Of a stretch of 64,000 nucleotides of DNA, positions 45,881 to 58,400 are shown piece by piece. This stretch comes from an uncultured delta proteobacterium. GTDB lineage: Bacteria > Desulfobacterota > Binatia > UBA9968. The stretch is from NCBI GenBank assembly GCA_963816145.1, contig CAWFJP010000003.1, positions 64,001-128,000 of the forward strand, written 5' to 3'. Under the pieces are notes generated by a model. It searched no databases. It had not been told where the DNA came from and saw only the letters and a program-made list of their open reading frames with translations. The translations under genes and the position numbers were made by a program. The first letter of the stretch is position 1. The number at the start of each line of letters is the position of its first letter.

Positions 45881-47284
45881 ATGGCACTCAAACTCTTTAA
45901 TACTTTGACCAACGGGAAGGAATCGTTCACGCCTCTTACACCTGGGAAAGTGCGCATGTACGTCTGCGGCGTGACGGTATACGACTCGGCGCATGTCGGC
46001 CACGCGCGCTCGTTTTTCACTTTCGACGTCATCTATCGCTATTTGAAGTTTGCCGGCTTCGACGTTGAGTACGTGCGCAACTATACCGATGTCGACGACA
46101 AAATTATCAAGAAAGCCAACGATGAAGGAGTGAGCTGCGATACGATCACCGGACGTTACATCGCAGAGTTCGCTCAGGACGGCGAGAGCTTGGGCTGGCT
46201 GCGGCCGTCGCACGAGCCGCGCGCCACCGACCATATCGCCGAGATCATCGCGATCATCGAGAAACTCGAGGCCAAGGGTCTCGCCTACCGGGTCGACGGC
46301 GATATGTATTACGCCGTGTCGGGCTTTGCCGACTACGGCAAGCTGTCACGCAAGAAAATCGACGAGCTGGAGTCCGGCGCGCGCGTCGAAGTCGACGAGC
46401 GCAAGCGCTCGCCGCTGGATTTCGCTTTGTGGAAGGCGAGCAAACCTAACGAACCGACCTGGGAGAGCCCGTGGGGACCAGGGCGGCCAGGTTGGCATAT
46501 CGAATGCTCGGCCATGAGCACCAAATATTTGGGCCAGCCCTTCGATATTCACGGCGGCGGTCGGGATTTGATCTTTCCCCATCACGAGAACGAGATCGCC
46601 CAGTCCGAGGGCGCATTCGGCCTGCCGCTGGCGCGCTATTGGATTCACGCCGGCTTTCTCAACATCAATCACGAAAAAATGTCCAAGTCGCTGGGCAATT
46701 TTTTTACTATTCGCGATATTCTCGGCGACTTCGATGCCGTGGCGCTGCGCCATTTTTTTCTCGCCAGCCACTACCGTAATCCGCTGGATTTCTCTAAAGA
46801 TGGTTTGGAAGAGGCGGGCAAAGCGGCCGACCGGATCTTTGACACCTTCGAGCGGCTCGCCAAGGTGGTCAAGCTTGACACACTGGCGACCCCCGACGGC
46901 ACTCTGATGGACGCGTTCCGCCAGGAAATGGACGACGATTTCAATACGCCGCGGGCGCTGGCACTGATCTTCGATGAGGTGCGCGCGCTCAACAAACTAC
47001 TCGATGAAAAAACTACTAAAGGGATCGGGGCGCGCTATGCGGCGCTGCGGGCGATGTGCGATGGCCTGGGATTGCTCCAGGAAGGTTATCTTGAACGCAA
47101 GAAACAGCGTTGGCTGAAAAAAGGCACCTTAGCGGAAAGCCAGATCGAAACCGCGATCGCTCAGCGCAATGATGCGCGGCGGGCCAAGAATTGGCCCGAA
47201 GCCGATCGTCTTCGCGACGAACTCAATCGCCATGGCGTTTCGATCGAGGACACGCCGGAGGGGACGATATGGAAAGTAAGATGA
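45881..47284 (+). CDS. cysS: cysteinyl-tRNA synthetase
   Basis: CGVTVY, HVGH (HIGH), GRPGWHIECSAM, KMSKS, DDFNT. Confidence 0.97.
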   Translation: MALKLFNTLTNGKESFTPLTPGKVRMYVCGVTVYDSAHVGHARSFFTFDVIYRYLKFAGFDVEYVRNYTDVDDKIIKKANDEGVSCDTITGRYIAEFAQDGESLGWLRPSHEPRATDHIAEIIAIIEKLEAKGLAYRVDGDMYYAVSGFADYGKLSRKKIDELESGARVEVDERKRSPLDFALWKASKPNEPTWESPWGPGRPGWHIECSAMSTKYLGQPFDIHGGGRDLIFPHHENEIAQSEGAFGLPLARYWIHAGFLNINHEKMSKSLGNFFTIRDILGDFDAVALRHFFLASHYRNPLDFSKDGLEEAGKAADRIFDTFERLAKVVKLDTLATPDGTLMDAFRQEMDDDFNTPRALALIFDEVRALNKLLDEKTTKGIGARYAALRAMCDGLGLLQEGYLERKKQRWLKKGTLAESQIETAIAQRNDARRAKNWPEADRLRDELNRHGVSIEDTPEGTIWKVR

Positions 47285-49170
47285 TGGGAGCGGCAGGCGG
47301 CGGTTTCCTGATTGCCTTCGGACTATGCGCTGCGCTCGCCTGGATCTCTTCAGCGTCGGCGCAGGAGTCGCCTGCCGGCGGGCAGGCTGAGATCAACATG
47401 CGTCGATCGGCGCAGAGCCGGCCGTACCAAGGGCGTGAAGTTGAGGGCGAAGAGCGTCAAATCGGACCCGGCGACAGCCTCTGGCGCATTTTGGTGCGCG
47501 ACAAAGGATTGCCTGGGGAAAAGTTTCACAGTTATTTGGTAGTGATTCGCGGACTCAATCCGCAGATCAAAGATCCGCAGATCCTCCGGGTCGGCGACAA
47601 GATTTTTATTCCGTTGCGGCCCGATCAGGTAGCCAGTTCGCGCCCAGCGTCGGACAAACGTGAAGACTCCTCGAGCATCAACCGGGGCGGCACGACCAAT
47701 TATCGGGTCAAGGCCGGCGAGCATCTCTATCAAATCCTCCGTGAGCAACTTAAACTCACCGACGATCGCAAGGTGGCGCAGTATTATGCGCTGGTGAAGG
47801 ATCTAAATTCCGAGCGCAAAACTTGGGATACCCTAAACGAAGGCGAAATCATTCGCTTGCCGGCGATTGGCCAGAGTACGCAAATTACGACAGCACCGGC
47901 AGCAAAGCCGCTGCGCCCCACGGAAACCTTGCCAGCCGAAAAACCTCTGGCGACAGAATCTCGCCCGGGCGCCAGAGTTAGCGGCGACGGAGATGGCAGC
48001 CAAGCTCAGACGACAGCGGCAGGAAAGTCCCAACGACCGGCAGAATCTCGGCGAACAGTCGAAACTAAACCGGCGGCGCCGGCTCTCGATCGCCGTCAGG
48101 CGATGCAGGCGCCGGCGAAAGAACAGATGGGGCTTTTTGCCAGAGTTGCCGAGGCGCTTGGCGGCGAGGTTCAGAACTCCGGCGAAGAAGTATTCTCGAT
48201 CGAAGACGGCAGCATTCGCTTGGATAAGAGCAGTTACCCTGTCGTCTATAGTCCAGTGCTGCGACAAAAAGTAGTCATCGATCCGGACGGCAAGATTCCC
48301 GCTTCTCTGCGCAGCAAGTTGGCGGACCCGACGCTTGGCACGCCGATCGTGCCAATGGCCAATGGCGTATCCATCCGCGAAGCGGTGGGGCAACTTTTGG
48401 CCGGTTTGGGCTATCAGCCGCTGCCAACCGACCGGCCGGTGACCATTCAAGAAGAAGGCGTGTCCTACGAAGCCAAAGGCGGCTGGATGGCGCTGGCACC
48501 GGAGCAGAGCAACAAGACTCAGGAAATTTATGTGATCAGTTTGACCGAAGAGAGTGGAGAAATTCCCGATTACTTGAAAAGCCAGCTACAAAAAAATGGT
48601 CTACATCTAAAAGATATCCTCTTGCCTGGTTCACAAAGCCAGTTGTCACAAAAAGCCCAGGCCGAGGCCAAAGAAGTCCGCAGCCAGGTCAAATCTTGGC
48701 CGCGCGATAAGCGCGAGATGGTCGATGCGCTGTTGTTTTCCTTCGGTGTGCCGTTTGGCGTGGCGGAAAATATCTCCGTGAAATTAAGCGACGGCTTGCG
48801 CATCGATACTCGCACGGACCGGGTATTTGAACTCGCTGGTAAAAAGACTGCACTGTTCTTTCAGCACCCTGATCCTGAAATTGTTAAAGCATTGCAGGAG
48901 ACCCAGGGGGTGCGCGCCGTCGAGCTCGATCTCACGAACCTGTCCTCGCGGGATCTGATTGGCCGGGTGTTGTCCGTGCTCGGCGAGCAGAGCAGCTATC
49001 GCGAGCATCGATTTACCGCCGCCAATGGCGCGGCGAAAGAACGATTGACCGTAACCGCTTGGGGGTTTCATTTGCAGCGGCGCTCGATGTTTGTCACAGA
49101 CCGCCAGATACCTACGGGACTACATCGTTTCTTTTTTGAAAAAGGGCTTGAGATCGTCTATTTTCAATGA
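47269..49170 (+). CDS. secreted protein with two LysM-like domains and a Pro/Ala-rich linker
   Basis: Signal peptide; GDSLWRIL..LNPQIKDPQILRVGDKIFIP and VKAGEHLYQIL..LNEGEIIRLP. Confidence 0.75.
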   Translation: MESKMMGAAGGGFLIAFGLCAALAWISSASAQESPAGGQAEINMRRSAQSRPYQGREVEGEERQIGPGDSLWRILVRDKGLPGEKFHSYLVVIRGLNPQIKDPQILRVGDKIFIPLRPDQVASSRPASDKREDSSSINRGGTTNYRVKAGEHLYQILREQLKLTDDRKVAQYYALVKDLNSERKTWDTLNEGEIIRLPAIGQSTQITTAPAAKPLRPTETLPAEKPLATESRPGARVSGDGDGSQAQTTAAGKSQRPAESRRTVETKPAAPALDRRQAMQAPAKEQMGLFARVAEALGGEVQNSGEEVFSIEDGSIRLDKSSYPVVYSPVLRQKVVIDPDGKIPASLRSKLADPTLGTPIVPMANGVSIREAVGQLLAGLGYQPLPTDRPVTIQEEGVSYEAKGGWMALAPEQSNKTQEIYVISLTEESGEIPDYLKSQLQKNGLHLKDILLPGSQSQLSQKAQAEAKEVRSQVKSWPRDKREMVDALLFSFGVPFGVAENISVKLSDGLRIDTRTDRVFELAGKKTALFFQHPDPEIVKALQETQGVRAVELDLTNLSSRDLIGRVLSVLGEQSSYREHRFTAANGAAKERLTVTAWGFHLQRRSMFVTDRQIPTGLHRFFFEKGLEIVYFQ

Positions 49171-49186
49171 TCGGTCCTACGCGGAC

Positions 49187-49263
49187 GCGCCTGTAGCTCA
49201 ACTGGACAGAGCATCAGACTTCGGATCTGAGGGTTGGGGGTTCGAATCCCTCCAGGCGCGCCA
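49187..49263 (+). tRNA. tRNA-Arg(UCG)
   Basis: Cloverleaf GCGCCTG/CAGGCGC, anticodon arm TCAGA-CTTCGGA-TCTGA, TTCGAAT T-loop, encoded CCA. Confidence 0.97.
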
Positions 49264-49483
49264 TTGTCCAGCAACTTGCCGTCTACACTTAAAGTCATTT
49301 CTAGCCGTTGTGTCCAGAATGTGTCGACAGAATCAGAGCGATCGTTTCACGGGAGGTTATACTTCGGACGCGGATCTCGATCGAGCGTCCGCTGCGCGCT
49401 TTCACATGATTATATCGGAACGCATGCTGCTCGGACGGTAGTGCGATGACATTCTCATCGAGTCGTTCATATCGGGTGCTCCG

Positions 49484-52400
49484 CTAATTTCGCCGGCTGG
49501 TTTCGTAAACTTTCTGTGCTTCGTTGTCCGTCATCGCTTCCAGCTCTCGAAGTAGCTGTGTCAGCTCCAGCTTGCTTGCGCCCTGGGCTTGCTGTTCCGT
49601 GATGCGCATCGCGAGGTCGGCCACGGTTGGAGATTCAAACATGCAGCGTAGCGGCAGTTCGATACCAAAAGCACCGTGGATTCGAGAGACAATTTGTGTG
49701 GCTAGCAGGGAGTGGCCGCCCAGGTGAAAGAAGTTGTCATGGATACCGACCTTGTCGTGTTTGAGAACCTCGGCCCAGATGTCAGCGAGAATCTCCTCGA
49801 CGGAAGTTCGTGGTGCGGCAAAGGAGTTTTCTAGCTCGGCTCTGTTGTGATCCGGAGCCGGCAGAGCCTTTCGGTCGAGTTTGCCGTTGGGCGTTAGCGG
49901 TAGGGAGTTCAAGAAAACATAAGCCGACGGCACCATGAACTCGGGGAGTTTCCGGTGTAGAAAGCTGCGCAGTTCGTGAGCCGATGGGACAGAGCCGGCA
50001 GCAGCAACGATATAGGCGACCAGGCGTCGGTCATCGGGACTATCTTCGCTGGCCAAGACGACAGACACTGTTACCGACGGATGCTGTGCGAGCACCGCTT
50101 CGATCTCTCCAAGCTCGATGCGGTAACCGCGGATCTTGACTTGAAAGTCCTTGCGGCCGCAGAACCCGATGCTCCCATCCGGCAACAGCCGGCCCATATC
50201 CCCCGTCCGGTATAAACGTCGGGTCCCTCCCTGCGGATCGGTCAGGAACGAAGCCGCGGTCAGCTTCGGTCTATCCCAATACCCCAAAGCCACATGCTCG
50301 CTTCGAATGCCGATCTCGCCATAGACCTCGGTAGCCATCCCGGTCTCATCCAGCAGCACCACCTCTGTATCCTCAACCGGATAGCCTACCGGAACCCGAT
50401 GTGCTGAGAGTTGGGTCTTATGGGTGATAAAGTGTTGGAGTGTCAGTGTCGATTCGGTGGGGCCCAACCCGTTGACCAGAATGCACTCTTGCGAGCCATG
50501 CTTTTTAAACAGATCGACATCTGTTTTCTGAACCTCTTCTCCGCCCAGAACGATCATTCGTATTGCTGAAAGATCTTCCTGACCACTCAGGCCGCTAAAA
50601 AGATAACGATAGACCGTCGGTGTAGAATGGTAGATGGTGGCGGTCTGCTTAACGATCTGCTCGACCAAAGCGGCGGGGGCTAGGGTTTTGACATCGAGCG
50701 GGCAAAGAGTCGCCCCGTTCAACAGGGCGCCGAAGATGTCCTGGACCGCGGCGTCAAACCCATAAGTCGAAAGAAGCGTCAACTTGTCATCGCAGCCGAT
50801 GTGCAGGTTATTGGTATAACAGCGTATATGGTGCAGCACATTGCGGTGGTTTTGCATCACCCCTTTGGGCTGTCCGGTAGAGCCGGAGGTGTAAAGGATG
50901 TAGGCCAGAGCATTCGGGGAGACCGCCAGAGCTGGATTGTCGATCGGGGTCGCACCGTCAATGTCATCGACATCGATCACCGGCACGGTTCTGTTGCCAA
51001 GAGCCAACGCCTGGGCCAGGTTATTTCTGTCGCTGACGAAAACTGCCGTGCGACAATTCCCTGAAATATAGGCAAGACGTTCTTGTGGATGGAAACGATC
51101 TAGCGGAACATAAGCATTGTTGCTTTTGAGCACTCCCAGGATCGCGGCGACCATCGGCGCACCATGATCGAACAGCAAGGCGATTCGCTCGCCTCCCTGG
51201 CCGCAGTGCTTGAGTAGCGTGTGGGCAATCCGATTGGCTTGGCGGTTTAACTCGGCGTAACTCCACTGATGCTCTTGAGTTGTGAGCGCCAGTTTTGTTG
51301 GAAACAACCTCGCCTGTTGCTCGAAACGGCTGCACAGAGATTGCTCGATATCTTGTTTCCTGAATTGAACAAACCGATGGTTCGGAGCAATGGGCTGGCT
51401 TTGGTTGGTAAAATCACGGCGTTGGTTTTGGGTTAAGAGTGAATAGCGCGATATCTGACGATCGGGATTCTCGACGATCCCCTCGAGCAGGTTGCAGTAA
51501 TGGCCGAGCAGATTGCTGATCGTATCGGACTCGAACAAATCGGCATTGTAGGCCAGAGTGAGTTTAAGCTTCTCGTCTTGTTCACTGACATACGTCGTCA
51601 GATCAAACTTTGAGTCCGCGTCGCCGGTTGCGATTCGCTCTGCACTTAATCCCTTAAGGCTAAATTCGCCGTCACCGGGCCCGAGCATGTTAAAGAAGAC
51701 TTGAAAGAACGGCGTGCGACTTAGATCTCGTTCCGGCTGCAGTTCTTCGACCAGCTTTTCAAACGGCAGATCCTGATGCGCATAAGCCTCCAGTGCAACT
51801 TCCCGCACCCGACCCAGCAACTCCCGAAACGTTGGGCTGCCGCTCAGATCGGTTCGTATCACCAGCGTATTGACGAAAAAGCCGATCAAGCTCTCGGTCG
51901 CATGGTGGTTGCGGTTGGCGATCGGCGAACCCACGGCGATGTCAACCTGCCCGGTATGACGACGGAGCAGGGCTTGGAACGCGGCCAATAGCGTCATGTA
52001 TAGCGTTACACCATGACTACCGCTGAGCACTTTGAGCCCTTGAGTCAGTGCCTCGGACAGCTCGGTCGATTGTTTTTCTCCCCGATAGCTCTGCACTGCC
52101 GGTCGTGGCCGGTCGGTCGGTAGTTGCAGCACTTCGAGTTCCGCTAACTGTTCTCTCCAATAGGATAGTTGGTGCTCTAACAGCTCTCCTTGCAACCACT
52201 GCCGCTGCCATACCGCGAAGTCGGCGTACTGGATCGGCAGCGGCACAAGCGGCGACGGCTTACCGTTTGAAAAAGCCTCGTAGAGAGCCGATAGTTCACG
52301 ATAAAGCACTGCCATCGACCAACCGTCCGATACGCTGTGATGCAGCGTTAAAAGTAAAATGTGATCCTGGCGAGAGAGACGAAGCAATGGTGCGCGAAAC

Positions 52401-55400
52401 AGCGGCCCTCGGCTGAGGTCAAAAGCTCGCCGGCTTTCTTCTCCCACAAACTCAAGCGCCTCCTGCTCAGGCTCAGCCCTCGCGCTAAGATCCACTATGG
52501 GCAGTTTTAGGGGCAGTGAGGGCGCGATGACTTGAACCGCTTTGTCGCCCACGGTTGGGAAGCTTGTTCGCAAGGCTTCGTGGCGATCGACAATTTCTTG
52601 CAAACTTTGCTCCAGAGCTCTAACGTTCAATTCTCCCCTGAGCCGAATCGCGCTGGGAATCGTGTAAAGCGATTTCCCAGGATCCAGCTGATCTAAAAAC
52701 CATAATCGCTGCTGGGCAAAGGACAGTGGAAGGTCCTTGTCCCTTGAAACCGCAAGGAGGGGGGGGATTTGCGGCCCTTGTTCCTTGTGACGTATTTTCT
52801 CAATGCGCTCCGCCAGACCTGCCACAGTGGACGATTCGAACAGCGATCTCAAGGGTAGATCAAGTTTGAAGGCATCACGAATGCGCGAGACGACCTGAGT
52901 AGCGAGCAGGGAATGGCCGCCCAGACCGAAAAAGTTGTCGTGGATGCCGATCTTGTCGAGCTTGAGCACCACAGCCCAGATATTAGCGAGGTTCTCCTCC
53001 ACCGGGGTCCTTGGAGCGGCAAAGGCATCCTCCAGCTCGGGTCTGCTGTGATCTGGAGCTGGCAGAGCGTTTCGGTCGAGCTTGCCGTTGGGCGTTAGCG
53101 GCAATGAATCGAGGAACACGAAGGCGGACGGCACCATAAAGTCGGGGAGCTTGTGTTGGAGAAAGCTGCGCAGGTTTTGAGCCGAAGGGTTGGAGCCCGC
53201 AGCAGCGACGGTATAGGCCACCAACCGTTTGTCGCCCGGACTGTCTTCTCGGGCCAATACGATGGACTCTTCTATCGATGGATGCTGTCCGAGCGTCGCT
53301 TCGATTTCGCCCAACTCGATGCGGTAGCCGCGGAGCTTAACCTGATTGTCGATGCGGCCCAGAAAGTCGATAGCGCCGTCACGCAGGTAGCGAGCCGAAT
53401 CTCCCGTCTTGTATAGTCGTGCTCCCGGTTCATTGCTAAAGGGATCGGGGATGAATTTCTCAGCTGTTAATTCCGGGCGCATCAAGTAGCCACGCGCCAA
53501 GCCGGCGCCGCCAATGTGGATCTCTCCAGCCACACCTACAGGCACGGCCTGCAGGTTCCGATCGAGGAGGTATATCTGCCGGTCGGCCATGGGACGACCG
53601 ATCGGTATTAAGTTGCCTTCGGACCCGGTCGATGTAATTGGATTGATTGCCGCCCAAACCGTCGCTTCCGTGGGCCCGTAAAAATTCCATACGGGAACGC
53701 CGAATTCCAGTGACTTAGAGGCTAGGTCCATCGGAAAGGCCTCACCCCCACAAATGATCAGCCTAATGTCCAACTCACCGGCGCTCTTTAGAGTTTCCGG
53801 CAATTCTCCGATTAGCTGCCGCATAGCCGAAGGAGTTTGGTTGAGCACCGTCACACGCTCGCGGTGCAGCAAATCGCGGAAAGCCGCAGGCGATTGGGCC
53901 ACCTGCAACGGAACAACTACCAGCCGACCACCCTGAAGAAGTGCTCCCCAAATCTCCCAAACTGAGAAATCGAAAGCGTAGGAATGAAAAACGGTCCAAA
54001 CGTCGTGTTCGTCAAAGCCGAACAGCGGTCGAGTCGCTTCAAGCAGTCGGGCAACGCTACGGTGGAGGATTTGAACCCCCTTCGGCCGGCCGGTCGAGCC
54101 TGAAGTATAGATGACATAGGCGAGGTTCTCGGATGTCATCTGAACAGCAAGGTTTTCCTGGCTTTCTTCGGCAATCATTTTCCAGTCGGCGTCGAGAGAT
54201 ATTACCGCAGCGTGTGCCTCAGGAAGCCTCTCTTTGAGATGCTGTTGAGTTATCACAACCGGTGCCTGGATGTCGTCCAAAACGTAGGCTAACCGCTCCG
54301 TAGGGTAATTCGGGTCGAGCGGCACATATGCCCCGCCCGCCTTTAGGATTGCGAGCAGTCCGACTACCATATGGACGGACCGTTCAACGCATATTCCGAC
54401 CGGTACTTCCGGTTGTACCCCGAGCTTCCTTAGATGATTCGCCAACTGGTTTGCCCGCCGATTCAGCTCTCGGTAGGTGAGTCGCTTTCCTTCGCAGACC
54501 ACCGCGACTGCGTCTGGCGCACGCTCGACCTGCGATTCGAACAATTCATGGAGGCATTTGTCGCGCTTCTGCTGGATCGCCTTTCCGTTCCATGCGTCCA
54601 ACACTTGTTGCCATTCTGTTTCCGTCAAAATCGATAGGGTCGAGAGACGCTGGTCGGGGTCAGCCGTAACGCATTCCAGTAACGTTTGAAAATGTCCTAG
54701 CATTCGGGTGATAGTCGCTGCATCGAAGAGGTCGGTGTTGTACTCAAGGGAGCCAATCAAACCTTGCGGCTGCTCGCGTAAGTCGAGTGCTAGGTCGAAC
54801 CGGGCCGTCCCGTATTCTACATCCAAGGGATCGACAACGAGGCCAGGTAATTTTAACAAGGTCGGGGGAGTATTATGAAGAGCGAACAAAACCTGGAACA
54901 GCGGATTATAACTCAGGTCTCGCTCCGGCTGCACAAGTTCGACCACTTTCTCAAAAGGTAGCTCTTGGTGATTGTAAGCTTCCAAAGAGACCTCTCTGAC
55001 TCGCTTCAGCAGCACTCTAAACGTCGGGTCGCCGGACAAATCGGTGCGTAACACTAGCGTGTTGGCAAAAAAGCCGATCAGTTCCTCGGTCTTGGCGTCA
55101 GTGCGTCCGGCGATGGGAGTGCCCAAGACAATGTCGCACCGATCTATGTAGCGTGAGAGCAAAACCTTGAATGCCGCCAGCAGCGTCATGAACAATGTAA
55201 CGCCTTCCCGCCGGCTTAAGGCATTGAGTAATTCGGAGAGGGACTTTGGAAGAGTCACAGGCTCCCTTGCCCCGCGAAACGACTGGACCGGTGTCCGTGG
55301 CCGGTCCGTTGGCAATTCTAGCATGGCGGGCGCCCCCGCCAGCTGTTGTTTCCAGTAGGCTAGATCTCGTTCGAGAGCCCCGCCTTGTAGCCACTCGCGT

Positions 55401-58400
55401 TGCCAAACAGCGAAGTCCACATATTGAATCGGCAACTCGGCCAGAGGCGAGGGCTGCCCACGGGAGAAGGCTTCGTAGATGACCGACAATTCCCGGAAGA
55501 GTATGCCCATAGACCAACCGTCACTGGCGATGTGGTGGATTGTAATCAGAAGGACATGCTCATCTTGGTCCAGTCGCAGCAAACATGCACGCAGGAGCGG
55601 ACCGCGAACTAAGTCGAAAGAACGCCGCGCCTCCTCAGCCGCGAGCCGCAAGGCCAGAGCTTCCCGTTCGTTCTCATCTTGCTCCTGAAGATTCAGCAAT
55701 GTCAGCTTGATAGGCTCGAACGGGAGGATGACCTGAACAGGTTGCCCGTTGACTTGCGGAAAGGTCGTTCGCAGGGCGTCATGGCGACGGAGGATTTCGC
55801 TGAGGCTCCGCTCGAATGCGGTTACGTCCAGTGGCCCGGTGAGCCGGAGGGCAACGGGAATGTTGTATGCAGAATATCCCGGTTCGAGCTGATCGAGAAA
55901 CCAGAGTCGCTGCTGTGCAAAAGACAAAGGGACTTCACTACGCCGAGGCGTCGACACTATCGGTGGTATTCTTTGTAAGTCCTCTTCTGTCCCAAGGCTG
56001 GCACCAATCGAGGCTGCGAGGGTGGCAATCGTTGGAGTCTCGAACAACCTACGCAACTGAATTTTGACCTGGAAAGAATGATTTACTCTTGATAAGACCT
56101 GCGTGGCTAAGAGCGAGTGCCCGCCGAGTTCAAAGAAGTTGTCATGGATGCCGACTTTGTCGAGTTTCAGGACGTCGGCCCAGATGCTTGCGAGAATTTT
56201 TTCGACCGGAGTCCGAGCGGCGACAAAAGTTTCGTCCAGTTCAGGTCTGCATTGATCAGGAGCTGGAAGCGCGTTACGGTCGAGCTTGCCGTTGGGAGTC
56301 AGTGGTAACGATTCCAAGAACATGATCGCGGAAGGCACCATGTATTCGGGGAGCTTCTGTTGCAGAAACCTGCGCAGGTCCTGAGCCGAAGGGTTGGAGC
56401 CTGCAGTAGCGACGATATAGGCCACCAACCGCTTGTCGCCGGGACTGTCTTCTCGCGCGAGCACCACCGTGTGTTGGATCGCGGGATGTTGACCGAGCAC
56501 TGTCTCGATCTCTGCCAACTCAATCCGATATCCGCGAAGTTTCACCTGATCGTCGATTCGACCGAGAAACTCGATGTTGCCATCAGGCAAATAGCGGGCG
56601 ATATCTCCGGTCTTAAAAAGCCGCGATCCTGGCGTGTCGCTGAAGGGGTTGCTTATGAACTTCTCCGTCGTCAGTTCAGGCCGATTCCAATATCCCCGTG
56701 CCAACCCCTCACCGCCTATGTGAATCTCTCCGGCCACTGCTATCGGCACAGGATTCAGATGTGGGTCCAAAATATAGACCTGCGTGTTACCAATTGGGCG
56801 GCCGATGATGATCGGACTATCGGGATGTAGCCTTGCGACAGTCGCGTTGACGGTGGCTTCGGTCGGACCGTAGAGATTCCACACATCGAGGCCGGGATAA
56901 GTAGCAAAGGTTTTCTCCAACAGTTGTCTGCTGGGGTTTTCGCCACCAAGCAAGAGCGAGGATAGAGCCTCTGGTGGTACAAGATCCGGATCAGAATCAA
57001 TTGCGTCAGTGACTGCGTTCCACAAAGAGGGCACACAGTTCAGGCTGAATCTATCGCGGCAACGGATCGCTTCAAGTAGATTGGCGGGCTGATTGATCGC
57101 CGCATCTGAGACTAAGAAGACCTGGTTTCCATGCAGCAGCGGCGGGAACAATTGCTTCAGCGATGCATCGAAGGTCAGCCTAGTGGTTACGGGTAGATTG
57201 AGAGCTTTCTCGGCCAAAGGAGATTCGCTGAACCAGCAGAGATAATTGACCAGGCTTCGATGCTCAACCATGACGCCTTTCGGGTTTCCCGTGGAGCCTG
57301 ATGTATAAATCACATAGGCTAGGTTTTCATTTTTAGCGCCGTTGGTCGGATTCTCCGCGCTCTCCTGAGCCACGGTCTTCCAGTCTGTGTCCAGACAAAT
57401 GGTTCGATTTTGGATCGATCGCGTAGGCAACTGTTCAAGGAGCTTGCTCTGAGTTAAGACCACCGGAGCCTGGGAATCGCCAATCATGAAAGCTAAACGC
57501 TCTTTTGGATACGTTGGGTCGAGCGGCACGTAGGCGCCGCCCGCTTTGAGAATAGCCAAGAGACCGACGATCATCTCGATGGAGCGTTCCAGGCAGATGC
57601 CGACGAGCACCTCGGGACCAACGCCAAGTTTCTGCAGGTAGTGAGCCAGTTGGTTGGCTCGGTTACTGAGTTCTCGGTAGGTCAACTGTTGCTCTTCGAA
57701 GACCAGAGCTATGGCATCGGGTGTTTTCTCCACCTGAATTTCAAACAGTTCATGGACGCACCGCTCCTTCGGATATTCCGCATCGGTGTCGTTGAACTCC
57801 ACCAGGAGTTGATGGGACTCCGCCTCGCTCAGCAGATGAAAGTCGGCGATGCGCCGGCCGGAGTCTGTGGCTATGTCCCGCAGAAATCTATCGAGCTGAC
57901 CCGATATCCTCCTGACGCTGTCCTCTTCCAATACCCTCGCGTCATAGACCAAACGACATTCTGCCCGATTCTTTGGGAGAAGCAGGGTTAACTCACTGCC
58001 GGTCGCTGGTTCGTAGCCGTCCGGCCTTTCTGTCTGATCTACGATGACCGACAACGTGTGTGCTCCCGGCAACCTCGCCGACGAACGAAGGACAGGGTAG
58101 CGCGCCACGACATCCCGGGCGTAAGTCTCGTGCTGCCTGACCAACTTCACCTGCTCCCGCAGGCCATGGAAAAACTCCGCGAAACTCCGCGTGCAGTCCG
58201 CGTTTACCCTCAGAGGGAGATGGGATGCAAAAAATCCCTCCAAACCAACCAGGTTGCGTCGCAGTTCGATGTCGCTGAACCCGATATCGAAAGGGCGATC
58301 TCCACCGATGCGGGAGAGATAGGCGGCGAATACACCGAGTAGAAAGTCCTCCGTGCTCCAGTCTGCACGGCGATGTTCGAGAAAGGCAACAACCTCTTCG

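Noticed and set aside
44467-45900. Long antisense/shadow ORFs (also 5333..6400, 9105..10073, 15869..16801, 37493..38422)
   Set aside because: They lie opposite well-supported genes, lack motifs, and are expected in GC-rich DNA with strong codon bias.
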